Shown: positions 51,879 to 61,381, counted from the stretch's first letter. The stretch is DNA of 64,000 nucleotides from a virus (IMGVR_UViG_3300045988_151351:128001-192000); one strand, 5' to 3'. The notes: generated by a model from the sequence alone, not told the origin. Translations and numbers: made by a program.

Positions 51879-52227
51879 GTTCAATTTATTTGAACAGTCT
51901 CCAATTTTTCATTTGATTGTCTTATTTTGTTCATAAAATGTAATATGTAAGCCCTTAGATGTTGTGCGTTTCTTCTAAGGTATCATAGTATTAGACGTAT
52001 TCAGCAAATATTCTTTAAGAATAATTTTCGTGATTTGGTTTCACATTTTAATTGCAAATTAAAACGAATAGGTTCGAGTCCTATATATTATCTTTTTACG
52101 TCTAGTGATTTTAATAAGTCGGTTAAGTACATTTAAATAGTTTCTATAATTGATTAAAAGACACAAACAGCCATTAAATATTTCTAATGATATTTGAAAG
52201 TAATTGTGTCTTGTTTTTTATTCCTAT

Positions 52228-52304
52228 GGGCAGATAGCTTATGAGGTCTGAGCACTGGTCTGAAAAACCAGAGGGTGAAGGGTCGGTACCTTCTCTGCCC
52301 ACCA
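52228..52304 (+). tRNA. tRNA-Phe(GAA) with a non-canonical T-loop GTCGGTA
   Basis: Acceptor GGGCAGA/TCTGCCC is perfect. D stem GCTT/GAGC. Anticodon stem CTGGT/ACCAG, loop CTGAAAA. Confidence 0.5.
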
Positions 52305-52572
52305 TTGAAGAACAGCACGAGAGGATCCATATAGGAATAATGATGTTGTATGGCTGCTGGGATTCCTTTGAAAGAATAAGGACTACTCTTTTCTATATAT
52401 TTGGATATATAGGAACAAAAAACTATTCAATAGAGAGAGTTTTTTACATCTAGTTTGTTTTATGTTTTTCTTTAACTTCCTGTTTTGTATCCTTTCGATG
52501 GGTGGTCATGTTTTGTTTTCTCTCCTCTTTCTGTAAAGCAAATCGTTTTTTTACTCTCTATTTTTCATATAT

Positions 52573-52664
52573 GCGGAGGTCGCATAGAGGCCGAGTGCGG
52601 GGGATTGCTAATCCCTTGACCGGGGCAACCCGGTCCGAGAGTTCGAATCTCTCCCTCCGCGCCA
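52573..52664 (+). tRNA. tRNA-Ser(GCT), long variable arm
   Basis: Acceptor GCGGAGG/CCTCCGC. Anticodon loop TTGCTAA. T arm GAGAG-TTCGAAT-CTCTC. Confidence 0.6.
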
Positions 52665-52841
52665 TTAGACTTGATAACTGCAAAAATCTACTACTAATAA
52701 TATTTTCAAATAATAGATAGATGAAATATTATGAAAATCTAAAGTAAGTAATTGGACAAACTTTGTATTTCAATAAGGAAAGTGATTTATTTACTTTTCT
52801 AATATTTATTTTCTAGTCCTGCGAGTCTAGTAATTGAATAT

Positions 52842-52932
52842 GCTGGGGTGCGCAAGCGGTCATAAGCGCCTAGTCTTGAAAACTTGTGTGAGCTAATTAC
52901 TCCCGTGGGTTCGAATCCCACCCCCAGCGCCA
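52842..52932 (+). tRNA. tRNA-Ser(TGA), long variable arm
   Basis: Acceptor GCTGGGG/CCCCAGC. Anticodon loop CTTGAAA. T arm CGTGG-TTCGAAT-CCCAC. Confidence 0.5.
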
Positions 52933-52957
52933 ACAAAAAGAAAGGATAATATAAATT

Positions 52958-54076
52958 ATGAATGTTGTTAATGCTGGTAGCCGATTTCAAATTTATGGTG
53001 AAGATGTAAAAACGTATAAGCGTCTTCCAACTATGTCTTTTGAAGTTAGCTTTAATAAAATGACTGGCTTTTTCTTGGTTTCTCGGCCTGATTTGTCAAT
53101 TAATGAAGAAAAGATTTACGGTAATCATGAAGCAAAAGTAAATAAAGTAATTAAATCTTACAAGTGTTCAACTCGTAATTTTGGTATTATTTTAAGCGGT
53201 CAAAAGGGTATTGGCAAGTCTCTATTTGCTCGCGTCCTTGCGGCAAAAGCTATCGAAAATGGATTTCCGGTAATCATTGTTAATGAATATATTCCGGGCA
53301 TTGCTAATTTTCTTAGCTCTATTGAGCAAGAAGTCGTAGTCATTTTTGACGAATTTGAAAAGACTTTTGGTGAAGTTGAGCATAGTGATCCGCAGGAAGA
53401 AATGCTTTCTTTGTTTGATGGACTTGATAATGGCAAGAAACTTTTTGTTATTACTTGTAATGAAACCCGTAAATTAAATGAGTATCTTCTTAATCGCCCC
53501 GGTCGTTTTCATTATCATTTTATGATTAATTATCCAACAGAAAATGAAATTAGAGAATATCTCAAAGATAAGTTGTCACCGGATTATTATGAGGTAATTA
53601 ATTCTATTGTTAATTTTTCTCGTACAATTAACATGACTTATGATTATCTGCGTGCTATTGTTTTTGAAATTAATCAGGGTTATAGCCTTGAGGAAACTTT
53701 AAATGATCTTAATATCACTCAGAGCAGTTCTGTTACTTTCAATATGACAGTTACTCTCACTTCTGGTAAAGTATATACAACTTATGGTCGTCATATTGAT
53801 TTGGCTGAGACTTCTTATGAATGGTATGACGCATATGATACCAAGAGTGATAATAGATTACGGTTTGCGATTATTCCTAGCAAAATCACTTTTAGAGATG
53901 GACAGCTTTATATCAAGGGTGAAAATACTAAGATTTATGTTGATCCTGACGATTATTGGCAGATTGAAGACGAAGATGAGCGCAAGGCTGTAATTAAAAA
54001 GGCTGAGTCTCAGAGCATTAAAGAAGTTACTTTCCAGAAAAATACTCCTGATTTTACAACGAAGTATCTTGTTTGA
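52958..54076 (+). CDS. AAA+ ATPase, 372 aa
   Basis: Walker A GQKGIGKS, Walker B VVVIFDEFE, sensor NRPGRF. Confidence 0.6.
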   Translation: MNVVNAGSRFQIYGEDVKTYKRLPTMSFEVSFNKMTGFFLVSRPDLSINEEKIYGNHEAKVNKVIKSYKCSTRNFGIILSGQKGIGKSLFARVLAAKAIENGFPVIIVNEYIPGIANFLSSIEQEVVVIFDEFEKTFGEVEHSDPQEEMLSLFDGLDNGKKLFVITCNETRKLNEYLLNRPGRFHYHFMINYPTENEIREYLKDKLSPDYYEVINSIVNFSRTINMTYDYLRAIVFEINQGYSLEETLNDLNITQSSSVTFNMTVTLTSGKVYTTYGRHIDLAETSYEWYDAYDTKSDNRLRFAIIPSKITFRDGQLYIKGENTKIYVDPDDYWQIEDEDERKAVIKKAESQSIKEVTFQKNTPDFTTKYLV

Positions 54077-54142
54077 TTTTATAAAAAATTTATGATATAA
54101 TATATATGTAAGGTTGAGAGATAAATAATCTCTCCCTTATAT

Positions 54143-54228
54143 GCCGGTGTGGTGGAATGGTAGACACAAGGGACTTAAAATCCCTCGGTGGCAGCACTGT
54201 GCGGGTTCGAGTCCCGCCACCGGCACCA
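54143..54228 (+). tRNA. tRNA-Leu(TAA), long variable arm
   Basis: Acceptor GCCGGTG/CACCGGC. Anticodon stem AGGGA/TCCCT, loop CTTAAAA. CCA. Confidence 0.6.
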
Positions 54229-54260
54229 CGTAGATATTAATCTACGAAGTTAGGCTTAAC

Positions 54261-54626
54261 TTGAAAATATTTTATGAATCCAGTAGAAAAGAAAGTTTCT
54301 ACTGGATAAAAGCATTAGGAGGCTTTAAAATGAAATTTTATTCAGAACTGACAAAGAATTTTTATGAAAGTGAAGATGCCTGTAAGCAGGCTGAAAGTAA
54401 GTTCAATAAAGAGCTTGCTGAGAAGGAAGCTAAGGAGAAGGCTTTGAAGGCTGAACGTAAGCAGCGCGCCGAAGAGGTTAATGATGCATACAAGGCTATT
54501 AAAGAAGCTGAAAAGCATTATTGCGAACTCCGCGATCAATTTATAAAGGATTATGGTAGTTTCCATATGACATTTACTGATACTGGTAGTTTCTTCTTTG
54601 ATCCTTTCAGATTTACTATTCTGTAA
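54261..54626 (+). CDS. coiled-coil protein, 121 aa
   Basis: K/E-rich heptads. Confidence 0.4.
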   Translation: MKIFYESSRKESFYWIKALGGFKMKFYSELTKNFYESEDACKQAESKFNKELAEKEAKEKALKAERKQRAEEVNDAYKAIKEAEKHYCELRDQFIKDYGSFHMTFTDTGSFFFDPFRFTIL

Positions 54627-54789
54627 TGAATGTGCCGTTTCCTGTTTATCCGATCTTTTAGACGGGAAACGGCATTTTCCTCATATTTGGGTCTTTAGCT
54701 CAGTTGGCAGAGCACCTGATTCTTAATCAGGGTGTCCGGGGTTCAAGCCCCCGAAGGCCCACCAAATTTAGTTAGGAGTAAAAATTATT

Positions 54790-55668
54790 ATGGAGTATAC
54801 TGGATATTTTGTCAAATTTAATAATTTTGCTGCGCACCCCTCTGGAACAGGTCGTTTACATATTGATGTTTTAAGTAAATATTCTCAAGTACTTTGGGGA
54901 CAATGGCGAAATGGTATAAATCTTTTGAATGAAAAAATTCGTAAAGAAATGAATGATGTTGCACCTTTTAAGTTTTATGCTTTAGATAAATCTGTAGCTT
55001 TATTAAAAATGAATGTGACTCGAGTACTTACTCGTGAAGAAGTTATTGCAGAAAAGTTAGAATATCTTATTCCAGATTATTATAATATTGATACACCATG
55101 TTCAGCATATTATCTTATTGATAAAATTGAAATTCTACCCGTTGAATCTGCACTTAAAATAATTAATATCAATACTAAGAAGTCAATCTATGATTCAGCT
55201 CAAGTGAATAGTACGACTCCTTGGAGAGTATGTGAAATTGATAATGATTTAGGAATAGAAAATATTGTTATTCCTAGTGTAACAACTAAATCTGTTAAAT
55301 TTAATCCGCCTGTCTCTTCTGAAAATATATCTAATATTATTTCTCATAAGTCTAAAAATGAAACCTATTGTATTTATCAATATTATTCTAAAACTATGAA
55401 GAAAAGTTATATTGGCTTAACTAATGATATTAATAGGCGTAAAAAAGAACATGAAAGTCCTAGCAATTGGACGCGAGAAAAGAAAAAATATCTTTATACA
55501 GCAATGCAACTTATGGGATTAGATGATTTTGAATTCCATATTCTGCATGATAATTTGTCTGAGGAAGATGCTCATTACTGGGAAGCAAAAGAAATTGAAA
55601 ATCATCATTCTTATTTCCCGGACGGATTCAATGAAAGAAATGAATCCCGATTCTTAAAAAATATTTGA
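54790..55668 (+). CDS. protein with a C-terminal GIY-YIG nuclease domain, 292 aa
   Basis: YCIYQYYSKTMKKSYIGLTNDINRRKKEHES is the GIY-YIG motif. Confidence 0.5.
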   Translation: MEYTGYFVKFNNFAAHPSGTGRLHIDVLSKYSQVLWGQWRNGINLLNEKIRKEMNDVAPFKFYALDKSVALLKMNVTRVLTREEVIAEKLEYLIPDYYNIDTPCSAYYLIDKIEILPVESALKIININTKKSIYDSAQVNSTTPWRVCEIDNDLGIENIVIPSVTTKSVKFNPPVSSENISNIISHKSKNETYCIYQYYSKTMKKSYIGLTNDINRRKKEHESPSNWTREKKKYLYTAMQLMGLDDFEFHILHDNLSEEDAHYWEAKEIENHHSYFPDGFNERNESRFLKNI

Positions 55669-55735
55669 TTTTTTAAAAAATTTATGATATAATATATATG
55701 TAAGGTTGAGAGATAAATAATCTCTCTCTTATATG

Positions 55736-56020
55736 CCGGATTAAACAATAGTAGCTAACGATAGTTGAATAGACGGGTCGGGGCTAACATAGAAAGGTTA
55801 GCAGGTAGTGCGGCGGTAGGTAACAAATCCGCAAGTCGAAATGAGTCGGGAAAACCGAATGATACGGCTTAGATGTTTTCCTCATTTGAGGTTTGGATGG
55901 AGATTTTAGGCGAAGGATAACAACCTTTGACTGCCATCTTGTAAAGCGACCATGAAACCGGGTCATAGCTACCATGCTATTGTTTATTTTTAATGTGCGG
56001 GTTTAAGTCCCACCACTAGT
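55736..56020 (+). ncRNA. structured non-coding RNA candidate, about 285 nt, expressed from a duplicate of the tRNA-Leu(TAA) promoter and leader
   Basis: Promoter and leader at 55660-55745 are near-identical to 54075-54152. First 10 nt TATATGCCGG are shared with the tRNA. No ORF. Ends with a T-arm-like GCGGGTTTAAGTCCCAC. Confidence 0.35.
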
Positions 56021-56039
56021 ATTAAATCTATCCCTTTAG

Positions 56040-56116
56040 CTTAGTGGAATAAAGCGCGTGGCTACGAACCACGAGACCGGGAGTTCGAGTCTCTCAAGGG
56101 ATGCCATGTGGCTGTA
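56040..56116 (+). tRNA. tRNA-Arg(ACG)
   Basis: Acceptor ATCCCTT/AAGGGAT. D stem GCTT/AAGC. Anticodon stem CGTGG/CCACG, loop CTACGAA. Confidence 0.55.
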
Positions 56117-56117
56117 G

Positions 56118-56193
56118 TTCAGTTGGTAGAACGTCTGATTGTGGCTCAGAAGGTCGTGGATTCAATTTCCACCAGTCACCCCATATGCTCTCG
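56118..56193 (+). tRNA. tRNA-His(GTG)
   Basis: Acceptor GTGGCTG/CAGTCAC. Anticodon stem TCTGA/TCAGA, loop TTGTGGC. Confidence 0.55.
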
Positions 56194-56196
56194 TAG

Positions 56197-56335
56197 CTCA
56201 ATCGGTAAGAGCCGGCGACTTATCCAAGATTAGTTTAAATGGTAAAATAGTCTATGCGCAAGAAAGATGTAAGTTCAAATCTAACATCTTGGGCCAAATC
56301 GCCAGATGTGGGTTCAAGTCCCGACGGGAGCACCA
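56197..56335 (+). tRNA. 139-nt tRNA with an insertion of about 79 nt in the anticodon loop; the insertion is itself tRNA-like
   Basis: Outer acceptor GCTCTCG/CGGGAGC, D stem GCTC/GAGC, anticodon stem GGCGA...TCGCC. The insert is bounded by CCAAGAT/ATCTTGG (7/7 bp) with D-arm GTTT-AAATGGTA-AAA and T-arm GTAAG-TTCAAAT-CTAAC. Confidence 0.4.
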
Positions 56336-56703
56336 TTAACCAACAAGCCTATGGCGACAACTCTAAGCTCAAACCGTTGGTTTTCTGAACAAACGAATAA
56401 AAACCTTTCGTTCTAAGACCTAAAGTACGAAGCAGGGTGACAACCTCCAGAAATGGGACTTAGTTTTGGGTTAAAGTTGAGCGTTTATTATAAATTGATC
56501 TCGTCAATTAATTTTTAATAAATGCGATTTTTTATGCAAAAGTAGTCAAGAGGTTTAAGACCCCAATCTGCAAAACTGTGTGACTCTTTGGGCGTGGGTT
56601 CGAATCCCGATGGGAGCACCATAAGGCATAAACAGCAAATAATTAAATATTTTGCCATTTTCTTTTAAGCGAATGACGCACCATTTTATTATGCCTAGTA
56701 TAT

Positions 56704-56780
56704 ACTTCATTAGCTCAATGGACGAGAGCATCTGATTTCTAATCAGAGGGTTTGAGGTTCGAGTCCTCAATGAAGTGCCA
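56704..56780 (+). tRNA. tRNA-Arg(TCT)
   Basis: Acceptor ACTTCAT/ATGAAGT. D stem GCTC/GAGC. Anticodon stem TCTGA/TCAGA, loop TTTCTAA. Confidence 0.55.
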
Positions 56781-56795
56781 ATGTGAGGATTATAA

Positions 56796-57146
56796 ATGAA
56801 AATTGAATTTAAACAAAGTCAAGCTGATTATTTTAATTATGTAATTCAAAAATATGGCGGTAGTTGGGAATTATCTGAAGGAGTTATTATTCTTCAAAAT
56901 GAAGATGACTATTTCCGAATTGAACATAATAATGTTACAACTGGAAAATTATATACTGCTTGGCATAAAAATCATTTTCATAATAAAAATGATTTTCATA
57001 AACAATTATCATTACATAATTTAAGAAAATTGTTTTTTAGATGTGCTACTCATAAAATGCGTTGTAAAGAAAAAAGATGTTATAAGCGTTCAGATTATAT
57101 TCAAGATATGGAAGATTATAGAAATTTTCAGAAAGCTTTAAAATGA
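56796..57146 (+). CDS. hypothetical protein, 116 aa, in the tRNA island
   Basis: Intact ORF with RBS. Confidence 0.4.
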   Translation: MKIEFKQSQADYFNYVIQKYGGSWELSEGVIILQNEDDYFRIEHNNVTTGKLYTAWHKNHFHNKNDFHKQLSLHNLRKLFFRCATHKMRCKEKRCYKRSDYIQDMEDYRNFQKALK

Positions 57147-57199
57147 TAAATTGATTTTATAAAAAATTTATGATATAATATTTATACAAGATAAAGAAA

Positions 57200-57325
57200 G
57201 ACAGTATCAGCAATTAATGATATTTGCTTTGGGAGCCGGAAATTATAGGTTCGAATCCTATATCCCTGACCAATTTCGGGGATTAGTTTAAATGGATAAA
57301 ACGCCGTTAAAAATCTGTCTTGTGT
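57200..57325 (+). ncRNA. candidate circularly permuted or split tRNA: a 3' half (T-arm TATAGG-TTCGAAT-CCTATA, acceptor ATCCCTG, ACCA) directly followed by a 5' half (acceptor CGGGGAT, TA, D-arm GTTT-AAATGGAT-AAAC)
   Basis: The two acceptor strands pair 7/7 with one G-U. Anticodon-stem halves CCGTT and GCCGG pair 4/5. Confidence 0.3.
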
Positions 57326-57327
57326 AT

Positions 57328-57404
57328 GGAGATGTAGTTCAGTTGGTTAGAATATTCGACTGATAATCGAAAGGTCAGTGGTTCAAATCCACTCATCTCT
57401 ACCA
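57328..57404 (+). tRNA. tRNA-Ile(GAT)
   Basis: Acceptor GGAGATG/CATCTCT. Anticodon stem TTCGA/TCGAA, loop CTGATAA. Confidence 0.55.
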
Positions 57405-57430
57405 TTATTCCAACAGAAAGGAATTTTAAG

Positions 57431-57670
57431 ATGAAACTTACAAACATTTCTCAGGTCGAAGATTTTATCGCCGCGGTTAATCGCGCACATAGTAATGTAT
57501 GGCTTGTAAGTCCGCAGGGTGATAGATATAATATGAAATCTGCGCTTTCTCAGTATATTGCTCTTGGAGCTTTGCTTGGTCAGCATGGTGATGAACTTGA
57601 GCTTTTCTGTGATAGTAAGCAGGATGAAGGATTGTTTATTGAATTTTTCGTTAAGCATCCTGAAGTCTAA
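57431..57670 (+). CDS. small hypothetical protein, 79 aa
   Basis: RBS AAAGGAATTTTAAGATG. Confidence 0.4.
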   Translation: MKLTNISQVEDFIAAVNRAHSNVWLVSPQGDRYNMKSALSQYIALGALLGQHGDELELFCDSKQDEGLFIEFFVKHPEV

Positions 57671-57708
57671 TTTAACATTTAAACTATTTTAATTAAAATA
57701 GTTTATAT

Positions 57709-57785
57709 CCGGGTGTAGTTCAGTTTGGTAGAACGCTTGATTTGGGATCAAGAGGCCGTGAGTTCAAGTCTCGCCACTCGGACCA
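57709..57785 (+). tRNA. tRNA-Pro(TGG)
   Basis: Acceptor CCGGGTG/CACTCGG. Anticodon stem CTTGA/TCAAG, loop TTTGGGA. Confidence 0.55.
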
Positions 57786-58080
57786 TCAGGGTTCTGTTAA
57801 AAATATATAATTGAAAAGGATTGATCTCCCTGAGTAGATTTGTATTTGAATGAAAAAATGAGGTCTAGATGACACAGATAACCTCCCCTGAACCATCCCT
57901 TTTCCTAATATGTGGTCTGGGTTAAACAATTAGGCACTGCTCGTATTCATATTACCTATGCGGTATATGGATTCCTCGTATTTAAGACTCTGTAACAGCA
58001 AATGATTTAACATAATAACTGTTTAATTCTCTTTTAAAGAATTTTTTGTAATTTTGTTTTTAAGAGTCTTGTTTAATTAT

Positions 58081-58155
58081 ACTGGTGTCGCCAAGTGGGA
58101 AGGCACAGGACTTTGACTCCTGTATTCGTTGGTTCAAATCCAACCACCAGTGCCA
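58081..58155 (+). tRNA. tRNA-Gln(TTG)
   Basis: Acceptor ACTGGTG/CACCAGT. Anticodon stem CAGGA/TCCTG, loop CTTTGAC. Confidence 0.55.
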
Positions 58156-58239
58156 TTGTGCCAGAAGAACAAATGATCCGATGGGCAAATAAAATATTTA
58201 TTCGGGATGTGTGGTTCAACTACCTAAAGTTATTTATAT

Positions 58240-58325
58240 GGGAGAGTGGCAGAGTGGTCAATTGCGGCGGACTGTAAATCCGTTGCCTTCGGGCTTCGTT
58301 GGTTCAAATCCAACCTCTCCCACCA
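58240..58325 (+). tRNA. tRNA-Tyr(GTA), long variable arm
   Basis: Acceptor GGGAGAG/CTCTCCC. Anticodon loop CTGTAAA. Confidence 0.55.
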
Positions 58326-58415
58326 ATTAAAAGATTAATTACGAGAAAAATAAGTAAAAATTTATTTGATTTTTATAAAAATAAATGATATAATATTTAT
58401 AGAAAATAAAGATAT

Positions 58416-58492
58416 GCGAGATTAGCGCAGCTGGTTAGCGCATCTGCCTTACAAGCAGGAGGTCACTGGTTCGAGTCCAGTATTTCGCACCA
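58416..58492 (+). tRNA. tRNA-Val(TAC)
   Basis: Acceptor GCGAGAT/ATTTCGC. Anticodon stem TCTGC/GCAGG, loop CTTACAA. Confidence 0.55.
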
Positions 58493-58539
58493 CATGGTGG
58501 TTATTCATTCATTCCTTTCTTTTAGTTAAAAACATAGAC

Positions 58540-58650
58540 GCATACAGCAAAAACACAAATTTTGTGTATTATCGGTTCAAGTCCGATTCCGCCGTCCTTT
58601 GGCAGATAGTTTAATGGTTAAACAACAAAAAAAAAATGCGTCTTGGTGAT
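58540..58650 (+). ncRNA. second candidate permuted or split tRNA: T-arm ATCGG-TTCAAGT-CCGAT plus acceptor TCCGCCG, then 5' acceptor TGGCAGA, TA, D-arm GTTT-AATGGTTA-AAAC, then ACAAA pairing the upstream TTTGT
   Basis: Acceptor pairing 6/7. D stem perfect. Anticodon-stem halves ACAAA/TTTGT complementary. Confidence 0.3.
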
Positions 58651-58652
58651 AT

Positions 58653-58727
58653 TGAGGGGTAGCATAGCGGCAAATGCGCCGGTCTCTAAAACCGGATAAG
58701 TGGGGTCGGCACCCACCCCCTCCGCCA
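58653..58727 (+). tRNA. amber suppressor tRNA-Sup(CTA), 75 nt, canonical cloverleaf, with glutamine-like identity
   Basis: D stem GCAT/ATGC. Anticodon stem CCGGT/ACCGG, loop CTCTAAA (U33, C34 U35 A36, A37). T arm GTGGG-GTCGGCA-CCCAC. Acceptor (T)GAGGGG/CCCCTCC with unpaired 1:72, G73 and CCA. Confidence 0.7.
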
Positions 58728-59470
58728 TAAGTAAAGCAATATGTTCAAAGCATTGATAAGACTTTACTTCGATAGGACGTAGGATTAGAAGTGTCCAGCG
58801 TTTAAAGATTGATTTGCGATCGCGAGGTAAATCTTTGGTCAAAAGACACACTATCGGGGTTTGAAGATAAACCTTAAAATCTTCGCCATATGTTGAACTC
58901 TTTAATAGTGACATAATATAACCTTTGGGATATATTTATTTCACATCAACAGTGTATTTTATTCCTAATAGAGTATAAGAATAACGTTCCAATACGAAAC
59001 ATTGGTGAATAATAGGATATAATTTAATTAATGAAGATGTTTGGATCATATGTTTGTTAAAGTAATCATCGGTGAAATGGCAGTAAGATTTCCTATTTAA
59101 ATCTAACCAAACTGAATACTAAAATCGAACCGAGAAAAGACTCTGTGAAATAAATATTGTAAATTCTGATGGATAGCTTAATGCTTGATAGGAATGGGTT
59201 GGACAGCATAACGCAACATATGTGTTAGCGGTTATGGAGTAAGAATTTACAATATTTAAAGTAATAGAGTCTTTTTGTTTTATATAGAAAGTACGGCAAA
59301 GCTGCTCCGGCCGGTGTCAATCGCACATATCGTAAAACCAAATAAAAATAAGCCCTTAGAAATTTTTGTTACAATTTCTAAAGGCTTATTTTTTTAGGCC
59401 AGAAAAAGACCTATTATCTCATTTATTTTTTAAAAAAATATAGGAAAATATTATTAAAGGGGGCTAAACA

Positions 59471-59740
59471 ATGTATGGCTTAACGCATAATAATAATAAA
59501 GCTGTATATGGAATTAAGCGCTTTATATTAGATAAAGAAGAAGATACTAAAACTTTACCTACTCGCGGCTTAACTCCCGGTAGTACAGCTTTTGTTATTG
59601 AAACCTCTAATACATATATGCTTAATAATTTGTATGTATGGAAGAAAGTAAAAGCTAATAGCTCAAGCAGTGGTGGTACTGATCCAGCACCCGGTCCAAG
59701 TGATAATACTTATATTTGGGACGGTGGAGATATTGGTTAA
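59471..59740 (+). CDS. hypothetical virion protein, 89 aa
   Basis: RBS GGGGGCTAAACAATG. Confidence 0.4.
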   Translation: MYGLTHNNNKAVYGIKRFILDKEEDTKTLPTRGLTPGSTAFVIETSNTYMLNNLYVWKKVKANSSSSGGTDPAPGPSDNTYIWDGGDIG

Positions 59741-59769
59741 GGAGAGTGTTTTAATTGGCTGATGTTTAT

Positions 59770-60993
59770 ATGAATTCAAAATTCTATTTCAAGCGTGGTA
59801 AAGCCGCGTCTTGGACGAAATAGAATATATTATTAGGTCCTGGCGAGCCTGGTTTTGAATTAGACACTGGTAAATTAAAAGTTGGCAATGGTGTTGATAA
59901 ATGGAATGATTTACCTTATATAGTAAATAAAGATACATTACCTGATGAAATTGTTTATTATATTGGTAAGCAAGATACTCTTCCAGAAGAAGGAACAGAT
60001 GGTAGCATTTGTATTGTTGGTGAAGATATTTATATTCGCGCCAATGATAAATGGACGAAATTAAATACTACTGCTAAAGGTGAAATTGAAGTTATTAAAA
60101 TTAAAGGTAATAATGATGGTAGTTTAGAAATTGATGGTAAAAAGTATGATACTATCCAAGAGGCACTAAAAAATGTAACAAATGCCGAAGTCGCACTACC
60201 AACTGAATTAACAGAAAATCTTACCATTTCCGCAGGTCAAACTATTACTTTAGATTTAAATGGTACTAATACTGTTACTGATTAGGTCAATCCTCTTCAA
60301 ATTGCTTATAACGGTTCTCTTATTATACAGGGAGATGGCACTGTTGAATGTAATAAGAATGGCGCAGCAAGTATAGAGAATAATGGCACCTTAAAAATTC
60401 TTAATGGTGTCATCTCTCGATCTATTGACGAAAAAGGTAATGGATACTATGTAGTAGTTAATCATGGATATACAACTATTGATGGAGGAATTTTCACATC
60501 TCCCGGTGGTATGTCGAGTTTAATTGAAAATGGTTATTATAATTATAATTCCAATCTTGCTTCTACTGGATATGTTGAAGGACAAAATGTTCAAAGTCCA
60601 AAATTAACTATTAATAATGGATTATTTATAAATGATTATACTACAATTAAAAATGATGATAATGGTGAAACATTTATAAATAACGGTCAATTTTATGGTA
60701 TGATTTACCACGTTGGACGTACTCTTGATATTAAAGATGGATATTTTAATGCTAGTGATGGCTATGAAAATATTCAAGTAAAGAAATTAAGTCAAAATTT
60801 AAATTGCGCTGATTGTTATATTAGTGGCGGCACTTTTGAGACTAATGGTTCTGTTAATATTACAGGGGCAGGTAATCCAACAATTATTATTACTGGTGGA
60901 AAATTTAATAAAAAAGTTCCTGATAAATATATCGGGAAAGGTTATACTTAGACCTTAATTGATGGTTATTATACTATAACTAAGGAGGGATAA
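59770..60993 (+). CDS. tail fibre or receptor-binding protein, about 407 aa, 3 TAG codons
   Basis: N-terminal FKRGKAASWT.N..LG.GEPGFELDTGKLKVGNGVDKWNDLPY motif is a conserved tail-fibre N-terminal block. Frame continues through TAGs into ORF 60511..60951. Confidence 0.55.
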
Positions 60994-60995
60994 TA

Positions 60996-61364
60996 TTGGC
61001 TTTTAATGTTGTTTATGCTGATAAAAATAAAATTAAAAGTAGTATTACACAAAATATTATTCCTAAAGAAAGTTTAATCTTAACTGCTTAGGATGATAAG
61101 CAATCAGAATCATACTATTATGATGATGAAGGTAATTTAAAATTTATTACCAAAAAAACTACTTTTAATTCTAAAATTGAAGCAAGAACTTGGATTGCTA
61201 GATACGGCAATTATCAAGGAGAAATAATTTCAATTTATTAGAATAATTCTTACGTTCCGTTTTTAGTAAATAATAATAATGAGTTAGTTCCTCTTCAAAC
61301 TGGAGAAGAAGAAACTGCTGATTTTAATATTATTGATGGCGGAGCGGCCAATACTAATTATTAA
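60996..61364 (+). CDS. hypothetical tail-associated protein, about 122 aa, 2 TAG codons, TTG start
   Basis: Hand translation. Confidence 0.3.
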
Positions 61365-61381
61365 TTAGGAGGAAACAATTT

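Noticed and set aside
55736-56020. Group I intron inside a second tRNA-Leu(UAA) copy
   Set aside because: The insertion starts after acceptor position about 7 rather than in the anticodon loop, and the 3' end does not recreate the tRNA-Leu 3' half.
48608-58914. ORF-track CDSs overlapping tRNA genes (for example 48608..48868, 52241..52453, 56139..56339, 58095..58277, 58618..58914)
   Set aside because: They coincide with cloverleaf tRNA sequences and are spurious.
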